Shown piece after piece: positions 23,519 to 36,190 of a stretch of 64,000 nucleotides of DNA. The position numbers were made by a program, and so were the translations under genes. Positions within the stretch are counted from its first letter, which is position 1. Each line of letters begins with the position of its first letter. Origin of the DNA: Mytilus californianus (Eukaryota); NCBI RefSeq assembly GCF_021869535.1, contig NW_026262723.1, forward strand, positions 112,282,001 to 112,346,000. The letters are read 5' to 3'. The notes beneath the pieces are model-generated. The model saw only the letters and a list, made by a program, of their open reading frames with translations, ran no database searches and was not told the origin of the DNA.

Positions 23519-26359
23519 TGTCTTTCCAAGACTAAGACATTCGGTTATAAACAAATTTGAATCAAGTGTATGAATACCACTAAGGCTTTACTTGTATTGG
23601 TATAAGCATCTTTATTGTATTGTTGTCATGACATATCTCCTTTTCTGTTCAAAAGGGGGGGGGGGATTCTATTGAAGGTGAAACCAAACAGGTGCTTCAG
23701 ACGATCCCATTTTATAAAGATTTATTTTCATTGTAAAAATCAGAATATCTAATTTTCACTCATGTGAGCCGACTTGCTTCTCCTCATATGAAGTAGAATG
23801 TATGCAACACCTTCTAAAAACTGAACATAGTTTCATCTTTTTTTTTATTTCACATGCAATTATTCTGATTGTGTCATTCCACTCAGTTTTATTTATTTAA
23901 ATCGTAAAAATAATAAGTACTTATTTCAAAACTAAGGACAATTATCATTGATTGTGCGCTACTAATAAAATTATATTTGCAAATCCTAAAGAGAAATTAT
24001 TACAAAACCCTCTGTTGTCACGACGTAAAAAATGTTTGCAAAATTCTGTCACTTTCAGATACGTGATTTACAGAAAAGTTTCTGTATGTCAGAGTGATCA
24101 TTTAGACCAGAAAGTCTCTTAATATTCAAATCTTGCTCTTGAAATTGACTATAGACAACTCAAAACAACCACAACGATCTAAACTCCCAGCCAAATGTCT
24201 GACCTTAAGAATTAACATATCAAATGTTCCTACTCAGGACGTTTACGTATCCGTTCAGACAATAATCAAAAGCTCGATTTAGTATAGCAATTACATTTAC
24301 AGGGATAAACTTTTAATTGAAAAGTTACTTAAAAAGTTTTTAAAACGGCTGAAAATTATCATATCACATGCTTTATAGTCGCTGTTAATTACGAATAGAC
24401 TAATCTCAGTTTCACAACTTACTAGAAATATTTTCATTTCTCATTGTTAACGGTTTTGTCATGTTATTGCTATGACAGTAGACATTTCAAAATGAGGACT
24501 CTTTGAAGCTGACGACCTTATTGGACTTGCTCGTATCATGGAAATAGACGACTCAGACTTCAGGCGGCAGTTTATCAGTCTCGAAATCATTGCAGAAATA
24601 TTGTTTAGCAAATAAAACATCCATGTTTTTTTTCCTTATTAATCTTTTTATTTATAAAATATGTACTTTTTGTTTGCCTGTTAACCCCTCCCCGAAGTAG
24701 GAAAACTAATTCTTTATCTATTTATGTTCTTTGTACGGCTTAAGGGTTAAGTCGTATTCCTCAATAATCATTCATAACCACCAGTTACATACAATTTTAA
24801 GATAGAATACGCAGGGATGATATATAGAGTGCATATCATTGAATTTGTTATCACGTTGTAAATTCATCTCGATGCCTAGAATGCTGATAAATTAACTACA
24901 GAACCTTTTTATTTGTCGTTTCTACTATTCTATCCATAGCTTTTTACGCAATTTAACAAATTACATTTTCTCCTTGTACAACTATAAAGGTTCATTTAGT
25001 AATTTGTTTTATTCTGTTCTAGAGAACTTTAAATACTTTAGAACGTTATTACTGCACACTTTTTATTGAATCAATGATGATTTGGGTACATTTAAAGACA
25101 CTCCAAGCAATTTGTATCTTAATTTCTTATATCAATGTGAACACGAAGGGTAGTTGTGTGGAAGGCGCAATAGGAGATATAGTCAAAGTATTGATGAAGG
25201 TGTTTAAAAACATTGAAAAATGTCCATATGCATGGTTGTCACTATAAGACTTTTATTCTATTATAGGTATTTTTTAAGACAACGTGAAATATTGACCTTA
25301 TCAGAATACAAGCGTATGACATAAAACACTAGATTATAACCAAATAAAAACATCGTGAAAAGTTCAAATAATTTGGAATAATATTGATATTAATGGAGGT
25401 TGAAAAAGAAATGAATATTTGGAGCATAAAAGCTGGATCACGCTTCACTACAATTACAGGGCAGCTAATGGATGCTGAATATTTTTCTTACAAAGTGGAC
25501 TTATTTAATTCTGTTATACTTTTAACCCTACCCAAGAATACTTTCAATCCATGAGCCGGTTTTATTTTGATTTCATCTATAAATCTTTATTTAAATTTTT
25601 ATTAACATAAACGGTAACAACTCCATAAGGTGTAATACCACCAAATCATAGTACGTCACATCTGCTTGCATACGAAAAAGGGTCGAACAAAAATATTCCC
25701 TTGAATTTGACGGTTTTAGGAAATTAATCCTACATTTCATTGCAGTAAAAAATTTCTGAATCATAAACATATATATTGGGTGTATCAAAGCACCATTATT
25801 TTGTTATTTGGTGTTTCTATAGAATATTTTGGAAACTTGAGGTTACATGGTTACTAAAGCTTGTACACAGGGAAAAAAAGGGGCGAAAATTTGATTGGTT
25901 AAATTCCAGTGATGGTTATTTTCTTAAATGTAATGAAATGTTATGTGAAACTTTGTCTATAGTACTGGACAGGATAAAACTTTACTCATGCCAAGTATTT
26001 CTTTATTTGAAACAAAGACAAATTCTGCACAATTTCTTGAAAAGTGCAAATTTAACAAAGACTAATAGGGGAAAAGCAATGGTGGTATTACACCTGTCAA
26101 AGACAGGGTTTGGATACAGTACATACATTTTATCCCTCCTTGCACAACTCAAAATCCAATAATTTTAGTGGTTGTCATTTGTTGCTGTGTTTCATATTTG
26201 CTTTTCGTTTATTGTTTTTAGCACAACTTTCCTAATTGTCAGGCAATACTCTCAGAATGCTGGATATTATCCACACTATTTTGTGTCCACACTTATTAAT
26301 TATACATTAAAAACCTAAAAGCAAAAGAAAAACTTTGATGAAAAATGTAAATAAAAAAC

Positions 26360-26398
26360 TACAGGTGAGCGATTCAGGCTCTTGTGAGCCTCTTTTTT
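26360..26398 (+). mobile_element. Isolated 3' end of a Helentron-type HINE (subTIR + stem-loop + T-run)
   Basis: aggtgagcga..aggctc-ttgt-gagcct-ctttttt, which mirrors the end at 50234-50266. Confidence 0.55.
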
Positions 26399-28039
26399 TC
26401 GGTATCATCAGGTACACAGAAAAGCAAAACAGAACTCCCAGAAAAGGGAATGCCTTATCTTAGTTGCTTATTTATTAAAAAAAACCAATTAAAGAGTCAC
26501 CCTTCATAACCTGTTATGTCTCAGTCAAATATCTATGATATTGCGCTTTTAAACTTCATATCCAATTTCCCAACAGTTAGAAAAATGGGGAAAACATCAG
26601 TACAAGATGCTAACGACAAAATTATATCATTTTTCAATATTTTCATTCTACTCTAGACATTAAGATAGAAGGTAGTGTGATTATAATTTTTATTGACAAA
26701 AATTAGGTTTAGAAAATAAGAATAAAGACCCTCAGACCACTAAAATTCTTGTGTATGATCTAATCATGCTGTTTATTTTAAAACATTTTATAAGGGAAAA
26801 TGAGAAAGCATACATTTATTTCTTGTAAACCTTTTTGTCGTTTTCAAAGGCACATAAAAGACAAAGCGATAATAATGCTGAAATATTTCAAATAGAACTA
26901 CAACTGAATCAAGCTCTTTCCCGCTTACAAGTTAGATATTAACGTATATCTGGTTTTTTATCGGGTCTGGTGATTAGATAACATTTGCTTGGGGACAAAA
27001 AAGGAAATATAAATAATATATTTTGAATGACGTGAAAAGACAGTTACATGTATAGCTGTAAATGCATTTATAAGATAGTTTGACTATACAATATATAAGA
27101 CATTAACCTTTAATGTTACTAAAACAGAAATATACAAAGAGAAAATAGCAGAAATCTTACCCTTCCAATAAATTGTAAAACAGAATTATTTTTTACAAAT
27201 GGACTGGATAAATGGCGTAAAATACACTACTGTCATCAATTATGTAAAGCCAAATAGAAACAACGTTGTACAAGCTTCACTTATATATTTTATGTCATTA
27301 TGATGATGCGAAATATTTGCTGAAAGTATTAAACAATTGAGTATATCAAATTATGAACAGTGCTTATTTTGTAACTATCTCGGAGCATTTTTTTACATCT
27401 CAAGCTCATACAACTCATATGTCCCTATCATCAACTAATTACCGTACATGTATTTTGAAAATAATAAAAGCATTTTTTTTAGATTATAAATACAATATGA
27501 AGGTGATATTTTTATAAGCGATAATCCCTATCGTACTTTAATTATCTTATAGCAATTTCCTTAGAATTTCCATTATATGCTTCTATAAAATATTCATTCG
27601 TAGTTGGCTTTAATCATAGCTATTGTCTAGATACAAATTTTTCATTTGTTTTCTTTGCAGGTTGTTAATTACTTCCATAGTTATACAATCTTTCACGTGG
27701 GTGTAACAGTGCATTATAGTCAGGTATGCCGTTGAGGGTAACATTGTCTGAGAATCATCACTATCATAACACCCTAAACCAAAGAAAGTTATGCTTTTTT
27801 TTGTACTGAATTACTTATACTATAAATAAGATATATTGTAAGCTTTTAATAATAAAAATATAAACGAATGGTTTAGAGTACAAAATTAAACCAATAGTAA
27901 TTTATCGATATTCGAAAGTTGTAAAATTAAAATCAAGGTAACAAACAGAAAATGAGAGAGCTGCATGAACTACAAAAGGAGCAAGACTGGATGAGACGAC
28001 AGGATAAATAAATTCATCATAAATATCAGGCTTAAAAGT

Positions 28040-28090
28040 TTGTATGCAAGACGCATGTTTCGTCTACAAAAGAATCATCAGTGTCTCCTG
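28040..28090 (-). ncRNA. Decayed minimal type I hammerhead motif (copy 2 paralogue)
   Basis: Minus strand: aca-ctgatga-ttc-ttttgta-gac-gaaa-c-atgc-g-tc-ttgcat. CUGAUGA, GAAA and GUC are intact; the first stem II pair and stem I are damaged. Confidence 0.6.
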
Positions 28091-31000
28091 TTATGCATGT
28101 ATCTTCCGATACACACAATCAGGAAAATCACAGTGTTAATGAAGTCCGTATTGTGTGAACATGCAAGAGCTTAACGTATGAACTGAGATATCGAAACGCA
28201 AAAATCAGTTTACATTTTGAAATCATCATTTCTACATAGATTTGATACTTTATTATACTTATACATATATGCAACAGTATGATATTGTATAGATAAGGAT
28301 ATTTATATGTAATATCAGTTTAAACATCGAATTAAAAATTTTAATAAAAACCTTTTATACGGCAGATGAAGATCTAATTATTTACCCGATAATGATCACG
28401 GAAAATACATTGGTTTTCAATCATTGAAATCTTAGTATTTTGTTATGTTGATTTGTTGTTACTTCTTTGACCACGCTTTAATGCTTCATGTTTTTAAATG
28501 AATAACACTAAGCACAAAAGTCCCCCAAAAACGTACAAAATCTAAAATTGTTTATGCATTTGTCGTCTTAACCATCGGTAATTAGCTTTGTTGATGAGGT
28601 TCCAAAAGCACGTGTCCTGCTTCAGGATATTAATGTCATATCTTTCAATGCTACTTTTGTCATTTTATATGCATTCAATTGGCAGAAGTTACTGGACAAA
28701 TTGTTAAACCTTTAAGAGAGCTTTGTTTTTTCAAACTTCTGTGAAAACTTATCACTTAGCAGACAATATCACTCGTTGCTATGCATATGTTAAAATTACC
28801 ATACGTTACTAGAAAAATATAAAAATAAATAGATGTGATATGATTTCCAATAAGACAACTCTCCACCAGAGACCAAATGACATAGAAGTTTAGAACTTAA
28901 ACAATGAGCAAAACCAATACCGTATAGTCAGCTATAAAAGGTCCCCGAAATAAATATAACAAATGTAAGAAAAACAAATATGATATATAGCAAAAAACGA
29001 CAACCACTTAATTACTGAAGTCTTTTCAGTTGTATAACTACAGCAATAAGGAAAACAGAAAGACTTTTAATTGGCTTTAATTTGATCACATGTGTCAAAT
29101 GGACATTTGTTTTCATTGAACATAATCATATCATCTTAAATTAATGAATTTTAGACCTATGATCTTTATGATTAGTTCACACAAGCGAAACCGCCAATAT
29201 TATAAAATCCCTGCATAGTGATCATACATTAATGACCATCTAAAATATTGAACCGCTGTTTTCTTTTATTGAAACTGACACACGAAGTAAGAGGTATTTT
29301 ATCACCTTGTCGTGAACTTTACGTTAAGAATACTTTACACGCTTTTACGTTATATGCATAGACTTATGGATTAAAGATGTATGAAGAGAGAAACTAAATG
29401 GCTAACAATAAAAATTAAAACTGTTTTCATTGAAATACATTTTTGCTGGTTTCAATTTTCTATATATATGGATATAGTAGGCTTTCAATGTTTATAACAT
29501 AGTCTGTAGCTTGTCAAGCTTAATCTCATCAATATATCAATGCTATTTATAACATGAGTTAACATAAAAAGTAGAGAACAAGTGACTTAATATCAATTAC
29601 ACGACGGATTAACGCTATTGTTAGGGAATAGAAATAAGAGAAAATCAATAGTCAGATGTTAAAGGTCAAATAATAGCAAATGTCGGTCTTTAAGTGTCTA
29701 ACTTTGTTTTTAATATTGTGATGTCCAACTGTAAGAAATGTATTCCAAGTAGTTTAAAATTCGACTTTTAAGGTAATTAAAAAAATCCTTAGGAAATTTA
29801 TGTATGCCATAAAGTTTGTGTTGAAAAAGCATTAAAATTAATATTCATATTGAGAATGTCCTGACATATAAGTATTCAGTGTGGTTGTGCTGTAGTGAAA
29901 AAGATGCACTGTATTATGTTTTCTTTAACTGATTGAGTGACCATTTCTTTGTCTCTTTTATCTTTGATGTATTGCTTCTTAGCAGTCGGTTACTTTGCAT
30001 TTCCAGTTATGAGGTTTCAAACACACTCCTAGTAATGAAAATATGAGGTCCCCTTGGTATCTCTTGTATCTCTTTTACGAATGCAATGATGGTGATTCAA
30101 ACATAACCTCATATACCAGTTTTTCGATGGAATTGATGTTGGACAGTAATTCACTAATGGTTACAGGAGCCCTTCTCTTGGCTGACATGATACGATGTTG
30201 TAATGGATACTTGGTTAATTGTTTGTTTGATGAAAAGATCCAAAATTCATTCAATTCAAAATTGATGATGCTGTCTGTCTAGTATTTATGATTGCCCCTC
30301 AATTTGGTATTTTCACCACCCTTTTTCTTGCTTTCAAAACCAAATTGTTTTAATCCATTGTCTTACCAACATCTCTGTATACAAAGCGTCATACTATATC
30401 TTATTTGGATGTTAATAACATTATTTAAAGCGATTGGAAGGGTCTCGTGTTACTTTTTTTCACTTCGAAGAATACTCCATCTCGATTTTTAAAGAGAAAA
30501 TCATGAACAAAATACTGAATCTGTCCGTTTGGGTACTTTTGGAATGACAACCAAAGATTAATAACTTGATGTTTCTTCACTTAGTAAAGATGAAGTCATC
30601 TATTTGAAATTTTTTTGGACGCAATCATGAGTTGGTTGACCGTTATGGAATATAAGACTTACAGATAACGACATGAACGTTCAAATTGTCGTTACCACAA
30701 CTTCGCCCTCTTTTCCTCAAATATGAAAACACTGGATGAGACTTATGACCGAATTTGTACTTATATGAGCAACACGATGGGTGTCACATGTAAAGTAGGA
30801 TCTTCTTACCATTCTGGAGCACATTGGATTACCCCCGGTGTTTGTGAGGTTCGTGTTGCTCAGTATTTTGTATTCTATGATTCTATGTTGTGTTTTCTAT
30901 ACAGTATATTACCACATGGGAGGGACACCGGATATCGGTACTAGCTGAAGTGGAGAGAGGTTTTTAAATGCAAGCTACCGTACATATCAATACAAAGTTG

Positions 31001-32767
31001 CCGTACTTTATCGAAACTTTGTCGTTTGTGATTAACATAACCTTTAAAGACAATCTATGAAAATGATGGTCTTGTGTATTTATAGTGGGTCATACTAGGA
31101 ATCAATCCAATATTTAAAAGCATTAAACCGGCTACCTCTCTTGATCTGAGGTAATCGATGTCTCTTTTTCCGATATTAGATAGTAGTTCTAAATGTAGTT
31201 TACGCTGATGTCTAACATTCCTAACTTTTTTGGGGAACAGGTCAATTCCAAACATATCATTATACCAATCTTTAGACGATTATTACAAATGCATAATAAA
31301 TTGAAATTCTTATCTTCGATTTCAAAAATTTACAATCTCCCTCAGCTTCAGCTAGTGTCAATATCCGGTGTCACTCCCATACGGTGGGTGTTTTTCTTTT
31401 CCTCGTTTTTGTTTAGTTTGTTGTCATAGCTTTGTCAGTTTGTCTTCGATTTACGCATTTGAATATTCCTTTGGTATCTAACACCTCTCTTGATACCTTT
31501 ATTGCACATTAAATATATTGCATATTTGTGTACAGTTGTTAGTATTTTGGTATTATTCTATTTTTGCCATGGCGTTGTCATTTTATTTTCGACTTATTAG
31601 CTTGGATGTCCCTTTGGTATATTTCGCCTCTTTTTTTTCAGTCTTCTAACAATAAAATGAAAAACTAAATTGCTGAGGATGCAAAATGGTCAATAAAACG
31701 AATTCAAAAGTTACTCGCATTTTTATCAACAATAAAATTCGGATTCAGAGTTACTGTAAAGCTACCTACAATAAAAGCAGTGTAAATAAGATATTGACAC
31801 TTGAAAATTTCCCAAAATCTGCAAGAGTACAAACAATTTGAGCCTCCATCCTTATGCAATAGTTTGAAAGGTTTGAATTTGAATCCTTGTCGCAGTATTC
31901 TTAATTCTAGTCAAGAATGGATAAGAACCGAAGCAGTTGAAGAGCTCTTTGAACGAAGAAGACCTAAACTAGTAGCCAAATACATCTAAGGTCAGCTTTG
32001 CCTAAGGGAGTTTATACCTAGTTTTGTTTATAATTTCAAAATTTATAAACGGACAATTTGAAAAAGTTTTGTTATAAATCAAGTCAATACAGAAGTACTA
32101 GCTACTGAGCTGATGACACCCTCGTACACTGATAGTCGAACAACAGCAGTATCGACCCATTATGAACTCTCCAAGCAAAAAATGTATAAAAACCAAAATA
32201 GTTGAAGAGCTATTTGAAAAATAAGACATAGAAATAATAGCCACATCCGTCCACGGCCACTTTTACCTGAATGAGTTCAAACCTTATTTTCTTCATTATT
32301 ATAAATGACATCATCACGATGCTTTAAGTGTTTTATTAAAAACATATTTTTGCATTTTGTGTATGTGTTTTTCATCAGCTGCTCAAATTTCTTATGGAAG
32401 CCAAATGTGCTCATAATCTTATCTACTTGCTTCTATAATCTTGGTGGTATGCAGAGCTAGACGGTAATTAGACGAGTGAAGAATATAGAGCAGGATACAC
32501 ATGTTGATCTCACCAGAGTCATGGTAGAATTATACATGAGGTGATATTAACATACTTTAAGAGTAAGAATTGTCTGAAGCTTACAGTGCAATGATCAGAG
32601 TATGTTTTAGTCATAAAAAAGAACAGTCACCTTTTTTGTATATCGGAAAATTAAAAACTTCTTAGTTCTGAAAAATAACACCGTCTTTTAGCCTGTTGTT
32701 CTATTCAAAACACTCAAAATGAAAGTTAAGTTTTTCAGTCAAACAATTTAAAATCTATAGAAGTAAA

Positions 32768-34166
32768 TAAAGGCAGCAGTAGTATACTGCTGTTTAAAAG
32801 TCATAAATCGATTGAGAGAAAACAAATCCGGGTTACCAACTTATATTTGATAACAACTGCTATATTCCTGACTTGGTACAGGACATTTTAAGAAAAATGG
32901 TGGGTTGAACCTGGTTTTATGGCTAGCCAAACCTCCCGCTTATATGGCAATGTTAAAAAATATCGCTAAAATGACAACACTACGAGACAGAAATAAAGCA
33001 CAAACGCAGGCAAGAACACTCATCACAGAGAAACGCACAAATAAATAATATAATAGTCGATACAACATGTAAACCGCAGAATAACAACGAACATCTTCCA
33101 TTAACGACAGACATCACAGGACATCACAAACAGTGACGTATTTTTGTATATATATAATCTTGAAATTCATATAATTATTTTCACAATACTAGTCCAAAAA
33201 AATTATCATGATAATGACGATATTGATTTGCTATTTTATAATTTTTTGGACTACAAAGGATAAGACATTACACATTATCCAACAGAAACCACAACAAAAA
33301 CATCATAAATAAATACATTAATGTTGGATGTATAAAATACCGTGACACGTCGTATAGCAATGCAAATTCACACTCGGAAAAACAGTCATATTCGGTACTT
33401 AGCAGACAGACGATATAGATGTTAAACCACAATCTAAGACGTGGTAAAAATGTCATTAGTTAGTTTAGACACAGACACATCGTACATATCAACCAATTCG
33501 TGATGGTGTCCATAAAATTTACGGAGTGTCATTTTTAATCTTTCCTCCTCATAACTCTGTTGGGGCAGTTTCAGCGTAAGGAGCACACTCCTGTATATGA
33601 AGTCCGTATAGTGTGAACATGCACGAGCATAACGTACCAATTGAGATATGTAAACACCATACGACGGAGCAGAGGGTATGTTACTGCAGAGATATGGGAA
33701 ATTGATTATTGGGAAGTTGAAATCATCCCGTTTGTCATAGATTTTAGTGTGAAGTCGTCCATCTGTGTCAATATTGAGGAAAGGATCATGGTATGAAGCA
33801 GTCCTTCTTGCATCCGTAGTATCCTTAATTTCAATGACACTGGGATATATGAGATGCAGGTACTGACTGAAATATGGGTTGTTCAGTGATAGGACATCAT
33901 CAATATATCTGAAGTGATTTTTCTTTTTGTCTTTTAGAAGGTTCTGAATGAATTTTACTTCATACGAGTACAAAAACAAGTCGGCCAGAAGGGGTGCACA
34001 ATAAGTACCCATTGGAATACCGACTGTCTGTTGAAATATCAATCCTCCAAACTCAACAAATATATTATCGATTAAAAAGTCCAGCATTTTGATAATATCA
34101 TCCTCAGTGTATTTTCTGATAGAATCAGTGTGGTTCTTCACAAAATAAGAATTATTATAACAAAAA
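32768..34166 (-). mobile_element. Copy-2-specific, 5'-truncated Naiad-type Penelope-like retroelement (RT C-terminal half + 3' UTR + terminal repeat module)
   Basis: Copies 1 and 3 read through the site (aaatctatagga..aaatgtc at ~16520 and ~49668). Contains the RT ORF 33434..34141. Confidence 0.85.
33434..34141 (-). pseudogene. Penelope-like (Naiad/Chlamys-type) reverse transcriptase, C-terminal 235 aa, truncated
   Basis: FLIDNIFVEFGG..FQQTVGIPMGTYCAPLLADLFLYSYE, FRYIDDVLSLNN, YDKRDDFNFPIINFP, SNIP..PSYGVYISQLVRYARACS. The ORF ends after the thumb with no GIY-YIG, which fits the clade that carries the endonuclease N-terminally. The upstream frame (NNSYFVKNHTDS) is cut at ~34160. Confidence 0.88.
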
Positions 34167-34259
34167 TAATGTCTTGTAATATATTAGTTGACGTAATTTT
34201 ATATATGTTTATGCATCATGTCATAGATTGTGTACAAAAAAGTCAACCCTTATTGATGT

Positions 34260-34770
34260 GTATGTCGTAAATTTTTGGGTAGAGTTTCTTGTGTAAAACT
34301 GAAATGTCTTAATCTAAGAAAGGACACGTATTGCTGTTAATATTTGATTTATTTAAGGTAAGTTCCTTTGGATAAAGTTCAGCAGTATATTTAGAAAATT
34401 GTTGATTATTTTACGAAAAAATATCATCAAGATAACGGTTAGTGTTGTTGAATTTATCAATTAAATGGAATTTAGACGGGTCATTATTGAGTTTGGCCAT
34501 AAACTGTGATGCATAACAGTACAGGAACAAGTCTGCTATTAAAGGGGCATAATTGGTGCCCATCGGAATACCTACAATCTGTCGATAAACTTTATTGCCG
34601 AATCGTACATACATGTTGTCAAGGAGAAAATATATGGCGTTACTCATCTCATCAGACCTTCTGTGAGTATATCTAGCATATTTACCTTTCTCATTTGAGG
34701 AAAATGTAAAATAACAAAAAGGCTTTATATGAGTTGCAGCAAATAAATTTGCAATCAGATTTATCAAACG
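34260..34770 (-). pseudogene. Older, different Naiad-type RT fragment
   Basis: FLLDNMYVRFGNKVYRQIVGIPMGTNYAPLIADLFLYCY...RYLDDIFS, then ELYPKELTLNKSN...CPFLD...KIYD with frameshifts. Confidence 0.85.
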
Positions 34771-35494
34771 ACCATCTAATTATATAGGAAAACTTTTGTT
34801 TGATAAAATTGTGTAGAAGTGTAGTATAGAGAGTAGAAAAACCAACACTGTAAACCAAATCAAAAGGACCACAAAAGCACGTGATTTATCTAAAACATCC
34901 AAAGAATTTTAAACACTCCAAAAATGGTTAATTCAATTATTTTCATATGTTTTATTACAAAAATTAATGATTAGTTCTTTGATAGTAGTTAATGAACTCG
35001 TTAAAAGCACTAAAAGATTAGTAGTAGAACACTTACTAGAGGCCGAGATGAAACGATATTTTACGGGTTTTTTGTGTAGTTAAGGTAACCAATACATAGA
35101 AGGGACCTTCAAATGTTCAGCGGCGGCCTTAAGCTGAGCTGGGTAGTGACCTGGTTATTTACTATATGACTCTCTGTGAAGCGTATATTCTTAAGGACTT
35201 CCGTGTAGTATTTACGGCATACCACCACCACATTGTTGACTGCTTTGTCGGCCGGTGCGAACACAAGACGCTTTGCGAGTACTTGAATTTCATTTTTTAA
35301 TCCTAGAAATGGGCATATTGCTAATTTTTTTATTAATTTTTAAATTATTTTTGAAATGTATTATGCGAATATCAAGAATATTGAGACATTTATTCAAATA
35401 GGAATCAAGTGACTTTTTGTCATATTTCTGCAGTTTACACCAATTCTTACAATGGGATGAAAGAGCATCTTAATGTGACAAACTACAAAAGAGA

Positions 35495-36190
35495 GGCGAA
35501 AGATACCAGTGGGACATTCAAATAAAGGCAACAGTAGTATACCGCTATTCGAAATTCATAAATCGATTGAGAAAAAAACAAATCCGGGTTACAAACTAAA
35601 ACTAGGGGAAACACATCAAATATAAGAGGAGAACAATGACACAACAGAAACACAACACTAAAATGCAACACACAGAAACGAACTATAATATAACAATGGC
35701 CATTTTCCTGACTTAGTACTTGACATTTTAAGAAAAAATGGTGGGTTGAACCTGGTTTTGTGGCTATGTTAAATATAACACTAAAATGACACCATAACAT
35801 GACATGAATGCAGTACAACATTAGGGACAGAGCATTACGCAAATAAACAATACAATATAGTACATTTGGACAACGAAACAACAAAAACACTGAAGTGAAC
35901 AAACAACAAACGACAATGCAACACACACAGAAACAAACAATACGATAACAATTGCCATTTTCCTGACTTGGTACAGGACATTTTTAAGAAAAAAATGGTG
36001 GGTTGAACCTGGTTTTGTGGCTAGCCAAACTCATGAATCGAAAATAAACTGACAACGCCATGGCTTAAAAAGAAAAAGACAAACAGACAAACAATAGTAC
36101 ACATAACACAACAGAAAAAAAAACTAAAGACTAAGCAACACGAACCCCCACCAAAAACAAGGGGTGATCTCAGGTGCTCCGGAAGTCAAG
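35495..36190 (-). repeat. Nested repeat insertion in copy 2: one family split at ggacattcaaa|ctcatgaatc by a second family (~35521-36030) with an internal partial direct repeat
   Basis: Copy 1 reads through (actacaaaagac|aagtccgtcaatac, ~18030-18056). The segment ccattttcctgactt.gtac...ggttgaacctggttttgtggcta occurs twice (~35699 and ~35955). Confidence 0.7.

Noticed and set aside
25776-26162. 128-aa plus-strand ORF
   Set aside because: Lies in a copy-2-specific repeat mosaic next to a HINE end; no motif and no splice signals recognised.
31040-31330. Minus-strand ORF MFGIDLFPKKVRNVRHQRKLHLELL...
   Set aside because: The paralogue in copy 3 has multiple stops and frameshifts and copy 1 is partly deleted; no recognisable family.
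33434-34141. Selenocysteine (TGA read-through) Naiad variant
   Set aside because: The 235-aa frame has no internal stop, so there is nothing to support recoding here.
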